DNA of 64,000 bases. It comes from Draconibacterium orientale. GTDB lineage: Bacteria; Bacteroidota; Bacteroidia; Bacteroidales; JAADGE01. The stretch is from NCBI GenBank assembly GCA_020721645.1, contig DYMH01000001.1:17537-81536 (forward strand), written 5' to 3'. The first letter of the stretch is position 1; each line of letters opens with the position of its first letter. The position numbers and the translations under genes were made by a program. Below are positions 58,811 through 64,000 of this stretch, in pieces. The notes beneath the pieces are model-generated. The model ran no database searches. It was not told the origin of the DNA and worked only from the letters and a program-made list of their open reading frames with translations.

Positions 58811-59800
58811 ATGGAAACAGTTCTTAGCGGAATACGTTCGACGGGAAATTTGCATTTGGGCAATTATTTTGGTGCCGTCCGGAATTTTGTAAAAATGCAG
58901 GAAAACAATCACTGTTTTTTTTTCATTGCCGACTATCATTCATTAACAACCTATCCCGCGCCTGAGGATTTACATAATAGTGTGAGAACTGTTTTATCCG
59001 AATATTTGGCTTGCGGAATAGACCCCGAAAAATCAGCAATTTTTGTACAAAGCGATGTTCGCGAAATTCCCGAATTGTATTTGCTCTTGAACATGAATGC
59101 CTACGTGGGCGAATTGGAAAGAACAACCTCATTTAAGGATAAAATACGAACACAGCCCGACAATGTGAATGCCGGTTTGCTGACATATCCCGTTTTGATG
59201 GCTGCCGATATTCTCATTCATAAAGCTAACAAAGTGCCGGTTGGCAAAGATCAAGAACAGAATCTGGAAATGGCTCGCAAATTTGCTAAAAGGTTTAATT
59301 TTATGTATAAAACCGAATATTTTCCAGAACCAATGCCTTATAATTTCGGAGAAGAATTAGTTAAAGTTCCCGGGCTCGACGGAACAGGAAAAATGGGAAA
59401 AACGGCAGGTAATGGAATTTATCTTATCGATGATGCCGCAACAATACGTAAAAAAGTAATGCGAGCCGTTACCGACAGCGGTCCGACTGTTGAAAATCAA
59501 ACGCCTACCGAACCCATACAAAATCTGTTTACGCTTCTCAAATTGGTTTCAAGCACAGATACTTCTGATTTTTTTGAAAATCAATACAAAAATTGTTCGA
59601 TTCGCTACGGCGATTTGAAAAAGCAATTGGCTGAGGATATAATTTTATTTACAGCACCTATTCGGGAAAAGATATTGGAAATCAATGCCGATAAAGAGTA
59701 TTTAAGGAAAACAGCCCGAGTCGGAGCCGAAAAAGCCCGCGAAAGTGCTTCAAAAACCTTAGAAGATGTACGGCGAATAATAGGATTTAAAACATTTTAA
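58811..59800 (+). CDS. trpS: Tryptophan--tRNA ligase
   Basis: 'SGIRSTGNLHLGNYFGA', 'LTYPVLMAADIL' and the KMSKS-like 'GKMGKT'. Confidence 0.96.
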   Translation: METVLSGIRSTGNLHLGNYFGAVRNFVKMQENNHCFFFIADYHSLTTYPAPEDLHNSVRTVLSEYLACGIDPEKSAIFVQSDVREIPELYLLLNMNAYVGELERTTSFKDKIRTQPDNVNAGLLTYPVLMAADILIHKANKVPVGKDQEQNLEMARKFAKRFNFMYKTEYFPEPMPYNFGEELVKVPGLDGTGKMGKTAGNGIYLIDDAATIRKKVMRAVTDSGPTVENQTPTEPIQNLFTLLKLVSSTDTSDFFENQYKNCSIRYGDLKKQLAEDIILFTAPIREKILEINADKEYLRKTARVGAEKARESASKTLEDVRRIIGFKTF

Positions 59801-59804
59801 TAGT

Positions 59805-60641
59805 ATGGAATATATCGAAGTATCGGTTCGTATTGACCATGTTAAGCCCGAAAATATTGAAATTCTCAGTGCCGTATTCGGTGATATTGGTTTTGAAAGT
59901 ATCATGGAAACTGATGAAGGATTTAAAGCGTACATTCTTGAACGCGATTTTCATCAAGGAGTAATTGAAGAAGTGAAATCTTACGATTTTCAGTTTTCGT
60001 TTCATGTCGAAATTAACACCATACCGGAGCAAAATTGGAATGAAATCTGGGAAAAAAATTATTTTAAACCCATACAAATCGATAATCAATGTGTTGTGCA
60101 CGCTTCGTTTCACACAGAGTTTCAAAAAGCAAAGTATGAAATTATTATCGACCCAAAAACTGCGTTCGGAACAGGAAACCACGCCACAACATATCTTCTT
60201 TTGGAAGAAATCCTGAAACATGATTTAACCAACAAATTGGTTCTCGATATGGGTTGTGGAACAGGAATATTAGCCATTCTCAGTCGAATGAAAGGTGCTT
60301 CAAAAGTGTTAGCTGTTGATAATGATCCAAGAGCATGCGAAAATGCAGTGGAAAATATCAGAATAAATAAGGTTGATAATATTGACGTTCGCGAAGGAAC
60401 AATACAAATTTTAAAAAATGAAGTGTTTGATGTCATTTTTGAAAATATTTGGAAAAATATTGTTATCAGCGATTTACCTATGCTCTCGAAACACATTAAA
60501 AAGAATGGATTGCTTGTTCTGAGCGGTTTTTATGTCGAAGATGCTGCCGAAGTAATACTTCAAGCCAAGAAAAATGATTTTGTTTTCGACAAAACACAAG
60601 AGAAAGATAATTGGACAATCATCTGTTTAACAAAAAAATAA
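59805..60641 (+). CDS. prmA: Ribosomal protein L11 methyltransferase
   Basis: 'IIIDPKTAFGTGNHATT' and the SAM motif 'VLDMGCGTGILAI'. Confidence 0.92.
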   Translation: MEYIEVSVRIDHVKPENIEILSAVFGDIGFESIMETDEGFKAYILERDFHQGVIEEVKSYDFQFSFHVEINTIPEQNWNEIWEKNYFKPIQIDNQCVVHASFHTEFQKAKYEIIIDPKTAFGTGNHATTYLLLEEILKHDLTNKLVLDMGCGTGILAILSRMKGASKVLAVDNDPRACENAVENIRINKVDNIDVREGTIQILKNEVFDVIFENIWKNIVISDLPMLSKHIKKNGLLVLSGFYVEDAAEVILQAKKNDFVFDKTQEKDNWTIICLTKK

Positions 60642-60661
60642 AACCGGATATTCCGGTTTTT
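60641..60661. terminator. Bidirectional terminator between prmA and frr
   Basis: 8-bp stem AAACCGGA / TCCGGTTT with a 3-nt loop. An A run lies upstream and a T run downstream. Confidence 0.75.
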
Positions 60662-60718
60662 ACTTGCTGTGAATGTCGGTTTTAAAAGACAGGAATCACC
60701 CACGCCTTTGAAAATAAT

Positions 60719-61282
60719 TTAGATTGTCATAATGTCTTTTTCTTTTGCTTCGAGAATCAGGTCGATTTTTTTTACAAATTCGTCTGTCATTTTTTGAATT
60801 TGTTCTTCAATGCGTTTCACTTCATCTTCCGAAAGTCCTTCTTTTTGCAATTTTTTTATTTCTTCCAAGCCTTCTCTGCGTGCTGTGCGTACACTGATTT
60901 TTGCTGTTTCGCCTTCCGTTTTTACTTGTTTAACCAAAGCTCTTCGGCGTTCTTCGGTCAATGCCGGAACATTGATTCTAATATATTCGCCGTTGTTGGA
61001 AGGGTTGAAACCCAAATTGGCTTTCATAATTTCTTTTTCGATGATTTCTATCAGCGATTTTTCCCACGGTTGAATTACGATTGTTTGGGCATCTGCGGTT
61101 CCTATATTTGCAACTTGGCTCAAAGGTGTGCGTGTTCCGTAATAATCAATTTGAATGCCGTTCAACAAATGTGGATTTGCCTTTCCTGCACGGAGTTTTA
61201 CGAGTTCGCTTTCGAGATGTTTAACTGCTTTTTGCATGTTATCCTGAGTGTCATCGAGATACATTTGAACTTCTTCATTCAT
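60719..61282 (-). CDS. frr: Ribosome recycling factor
   Basis: 'LVKLRAGKANPHLLNGIQIDYYG', 'INVPALTEERRRALVKQVK' and 'ISVRTARRE'. Confidence 0.97.
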   Translation of the reverse strand: MNEEVQMYLDDTQDNMQKAVKHLESELVKLRAGKANPHLLNGIQIDYYGTRTPLSQVANIGTADAQTIVIQPWEKSLIEIIEKEIMKANLGFNPSNNGEYIRINVPALTEERRRALVKQVKTEGETAKISVRTARREGLEEIKKLQKEGLSEDEVKRIEEQIQKMTDEFVKKIDLILEAKEKDIMTI

Positions 61283-61323
61283 GGCTTCGTATATTAATGT
61301 TTCGATTTTGTCTGCTATGCCGG

Positions 61324-61331
61324 CAAAATTA
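61324..61331 (-). promoter_or_regulatory. Candidate -7 box (TAATTTTG on minus strand) for frr
   Basis: TAnnTTTG match 41 nt upstream of the ATG at 61282. Confidence 0.45.
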
Positions 61332-61423
61332 ATATATTTTTTTTATTCGACAATCACCTCAAATAATTTCTTAATCGAGATATTTCGTACTACTCGAAAA
61401 ATCGGAAAAGTATTTAGACATCG

Positions 61424-62431
61424 TTACATTATCCAAGAATATTCGATTTGTGGGAAAATTAGTGAAGCGAGGAAAATTATAAGGAATAAGTCAAATATTA
61501 TTTCGGGAATAATTTTTTTTTTGGTTCCCGTAAAATAATAAGATATAATAAATGAAACTGAAATTGCAGCAGGAATAAGACTCTCAATAATGGGTTTTGT
61601 TGATATAAAATAGATAATCCAAGACAAAATAAAAAAGATGGTAAAAAGATGAAAAAATTTTCTTTTTAATATATTGAGATTTGGATATTTTCTGAAAAGA
61701 AATGATGCCGAAACTGCAATAAGAATTATAAAATAGAATGCCAAAAAATGGGAAAATAACATGTTATTCTTTGGAAAGATTGTTGCCGAAAAATTCGGAA
61801 TATCGAAATAATTTTCAATCGGTAAACGACCAATTGACATGAAAAATATCAAAAAAAGAATGATGTAAGGATTAATAAATCCTAAAAAAACTGCGACCCA
61901 TTCACGCCAAATCATTGGTCTAAAAATTAAAAGTGAAATCAAAACAAAGACTAAATACCATGCAAATTTGGGATAAAAGATGGCTGCCATTGCTGTTAAA
62001 AAACCGGATTTGAAATATTCGTCTCCTGCAAAATCTTTTCGATTTGTTTTTAATATTTGAAAGAAAATCCAAAGAATAAACAAAAGACCGGTTAATACAG
62101 AAAACAAAGCCTCCGGTGAGTTTGAAAAACCTGTAAGTATCAAAAAAAATAACGGATTCATATAATTTTTTTGTTCCGTAAAATTCAGTGCCATATCTAA
62201 GCGGATTATTATCCATGATATTAAAATCAACAAAATAAACACGGAAAGTGGCAAAAGTACCGGAATCCCGGAATTTGTAATGATTTGCAAAACCAATTCT
62301 GAAATTCCAAGATTTGCTTGCCGGCTTGTAAAATCGGCTGTTTTCGGAAGTTTATGAAAGGAAATAAAACCCGACAGTATCGGAATAAAAATCAAGATGA
62401 TGGGATGGTTGCTTTTAAACAGGCGTAACAT
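61424..62431 (-). CDS. Hypothetical multi-pass membrane protein (335 aa)
   Basis: About 9 hydrophobic helices. The N-terminus 'MLRLFKSNHPIILIF' is reminiscent of a Bacteroidota-specific DUF, but I cannot verify the family. It sits 4 nt downstream of purD. Confidence 0.72.
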   Translation of the reverse strand: MLRLFKSNHPIILIFIPILSGFISFHKLPKTADFTSRQANLGISELVLQIITNSGIPVLLPLSVFILLILISWIIIRLDMALNFTEQKNYMNPLFFLILTGFSNSPEALFSVLTGLLFILWIFFQILKTNRKDFAGDEYFKSGFLTAMAAIFYPKFAWYLVFVLISLLIFRPMIWREWVAVFLGFINPYIILFLIFFMSIGRLPIENYFDIPNFSATIFPKNNMLFSHFLAFYFIILIAVSASFLFRKYPNLNILKRKFFHLFTIFFILSWIIYFISTKPIIESLIPAAISVSFIISYYFTGTKKKIIPEIIFDLFLIIFLASLIFPQIEYSWIM

Positions 62432-62435
62432 TTTT

Positions 62436-63707
62436 TTATTTTAGGTCTAATCCAATATCCCGACGGAAGTATTTACCTTCAAAATCAATAATTTGGGCTG
62501 AACGTAACGATTTGTTCAAAGCCTCTTCCAATGTATCGGCAAAGGATGTTAAAGCGAGTACTCGTCCGCCGTGTGTATATATTCTACCGTTTGTTTCCTG
62601 TGTTCCTGCATGAAAGGCGATACTCTCAGATATTTTGTCGAGTTCTTTAATTTCTTTTCCGATTTCAAAATGTTCGGGATAGCCGCCCGAAACCAGCATT
62701 ATTGTTGTTGCTGTTTGTGGATTTGTTTCCAAAAAATATCTGTCTAAACTCTTTGTAGTTGCGGCATCATACATTGCGACGATGTCTGATAATATTCTCG
62801 GAAATACAACTTCGCTTTCAGGGTCTCCCATGCGCACATTGTATTCAATGACTTTTGGATTGCCATCAGTGTTCATTAATCCGAAAAATATAAAGCCGAT
62901 GTAAGGAATATTTTCTGCCTGCAAGCCTTTAAGCGTTGGTTTTATGATTTGTTCTTCAATTTTATTTTTAAAATCGGCATTTGCAAACGGTACCGGAGAA
63001 ACGGCGCCCATTCCGCCGGTGTTCAATCCGGTGTCGTGTTCTCCGATGCGTTTGTAGTCTTTGGCTTCGGGCAGTATAATGTATTGATTCCCATCGGTGA
63101 AGATGAACACCGAGAGTTCGATACCTTCCATAAACTCCTCTAAAACAACTTTTTCGGAGGCTTGTCCGAATTTACCGGCGAGCATTTCTTTCAGCGATTG
63201 TTGTGCATCGTATAAATTATCCAATATTAAAACTCCTTTCCCGGCAGCCGGACCGTCGGCTTTCAAAACATAAGGAGGTGATACCTCGTTCAAGAAAAGA
63301 AAACCTGCTTCAATATTTTTTTTTGTTATGCTGATGCTTCGGGCGGTAGGAATGTTATATTTTTGCATGAAAATTTTTGAAAAACTTTTGCTGCTTTCCA
63401 ATAATGCACCTGCCTTTCGTGGTCCGATAATTTTTATGTGTTTTGTTTTTTCATTGTCGGAAAAAAAATCGTGAATTCCTTCGGTTAGTTGTTTTTCGCT
63501 TCCCGGAATAATCATTTCTACACCTTGTTCTGTTGCAAAATTGGCTAATTGTTGAAAGTCTGAGGGGTCTAATGGGATATTTTCACCAAGCTCGGCAGTG
63601 CCGGCATTTCCGGGAATAATGAAAAGTCTATCGGTAAGCCGGCTTTCTATTATTTTTGCAGCCATCGCATGTTCTCTGCCGCCGGAACCGATAAGAATGA
63701 TGTTCAT
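62436..63707 (-). CDS. purD: Phosphoribosylamine--glycine ligase
   Basis: 'MNIILIGSGGREHAMA', ATP-grasp 'VLKADGPAAGKGV' and 'GGRVLALT'. Confidence 0.97.
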   Translation of the reverse strand: MNIILIGSGGREHAMAAKIIESRLTDRLFIIPGNAGTAELGENIPLDPSDFQQLANFATEQGVEMIIPGSEKQLTEGIHDFFSDNEKTKHIKIIGPRKAGALLESSKSFSKIFMQKYNIPTARSISITKKNIEAGFLFLNEVSPPYVLKADGPAAGKGVLILDNLYDAQQSLKEMLAGKFGQASEKVVLEEFMEGIELSVFIFTDGNQYIILPEAKDYKRIGEHDTGLNTGGMGAVSPVPFANADFKNKIEEQIIKPTLKGLQAENIPYIGFIFFGLMNTDGNPKVIEYNVRMGDPESEVVFPRILSDIVAMYDAATTKSLDRYFLETNPQTATTIMLVSGGYPEHFEIGKEIKELDKISESIAFHAGTQETNGRIYTHGGRVLALTSFADTLEEALNKSLRSAQIIDFEGKYFRRDIGLDLK

Positions 63708-63744
63708 AATGATTTTCTTACAAAAATACGAATTTTGTAAAAAT

Positions 63745-63779
63745 AAAAAACCCTTTTCGCAGGAAAAGAGTTTTTTTTT
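63745..63779 (-). terminator. Hairpin terminator after the edge-truncated gene
   Basis: Stem CTTTTC / GAAAAG (63753-58 / 63763-68) with loop GCAG. A6 and T9 runs flank it, so it could function in both directions. Confidence 0.6.
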
Positions 63780-63800
63780 GGAGGGAGGACAACATTCCGA

Positions 63801-64000
63801 TTATTTTGTTGCTGCCCATTTTCTGATTTCCGTACGAAACCAACTGTCTGCTTCTTCTGTCCATTTGTAATTGTCGCGTATATATGCGACAGTGTCTTTT
63901 TCAATGTCGGTGTACGAATCTCCGTCTTTTACTTTTTCAAGTAAATCTTTGGCATCTTCCATAGAAATTCTACCATCTCCGCGACCTTTTATTGCTGTGT
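63801..64000 (-). CDS. 3' end of an unidentified gene running off the window (last 65 codons)
   Basis: Open frame from the window edge to the TAA at 63801-63803: '...GRISMEDAKDLLEKVKDGDSYTDIEKDTVAYIRDNYKWTEEADSWFRTEIRKWAATK'. A terminator follows it. It is absent from the ORF track because there is no in-window start. No family recognised. Confidence 0.5.
   Translation of the reverse strand, partial: TAIKGRGDGRISMEDAKDLLEKVKDGDSYTDIEKDTVAYIRDNYKWTEEADSWFRTEIRKWAATK

Noticed and set aside
59787-60221. 144-aa minus-strand ORF antisense to the prmA 5' half
   Set aside because: It overlaps a well-supported prmA, has no motifs, and its composition is typical of a shadow ORF.
60794-61297. 167-aa plus-strand ORF covering almost all of frr in antisense
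   Set aside because: frr on the minus strand has unmistakable conserved motifs. The antisense product is Phe/Cys-rich low-complexity sequence with no recognisable family. Long antisense ORFs are expected in AT-rich genes whose codons avoid the reverse-complement stops.
63704-63904. 66-aa minus-strand ORF overlapping the purD start region
   Set aside because: It is out of frame with the better-supported edge-truncated ORF ending at 63801, and it runs through that gene's terminator hairpin and the purD promoter region. It is a low-complexity basic peptide.
1-64000. Search by eye for tRNA, rRNA, tmRNA, CRISPR arrays, IS elements, integrases, toxin-antitoxin pairs or defence genes
   Set aside because: No spacer longer than 150 nt contains a GC-rich cloverleaf-like segment or regularly spaced repeats. 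No ORF shows transposase (DDE), recombinase, nuclease-helicase or abortive-infection motifs. An Rfam/tRNAscan run would be the decisive check for small RNAs I may have missed.

Overview
AT-rich segment (about one-third G+C by eye, not computed) that looks like a Bacteroidota chromosome. Supporting signs are a type-2 IleS, a GT3-type glycogen synthase, DUF4271/DUF4292/DUF4175-type genes and many TAnnTTTG -7 boxes 25-70 nt upstream of start codons. I call about 53 tightly packed protein-coding genes, nearly all housekeeping: S41 protease, gcdH-like ACAD, hemD, rnpA, uvrC, ade, mnmG, ybeY, an envelope operon (TPR, LolB-like lipoprotein, EnvC-like, giant coiled-coil protein), a sugar nucleotidyltransferase, ruvB, nadA, rpiB, hemW, a GNAT-flippase-PhoD trio, a leucine/terpenoid-type acyl-CoA carboxylase cluster, rplM-rpsI, rpsB-tsf, ileS-dksA-lspA, pyrH, trpS, prmA, frr and purD. 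I saw no rRNA, tRNA, CRISPR array, transposase, integrase or recognisable defence gene. I cannot honestly point to a clear novel multi-gene system, so this reads as core genome. The items most worth a second look: (1) an identical GC-cored perfect palindrome 17 nt upstream of both the uvrC and ade start codons; (2) two ~96-bp direct repeats, with an internal heptamer array, bracketing a two-gene membrane-protein module; (3) a PadR regulator sandwiched between two PspC-domain membrane proteins, with a candidate operator over its promoter; (4) a single 1402-aa ORF fusing a GT3 glycogen synthase to a GT35 alpha-glucan phosphorylase; (5) an Atu/Liu-hybrid carboxylase cluster containing an AtuA (DUF1446) gene; (6) an envelope operon whose EnvC-like protein has lost its M23 metal ligands and is coupled to a 1113-aa coiled-coil protein and ybeY. 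All family assignments come from motif recognition by eye and from memory. No searches were run.
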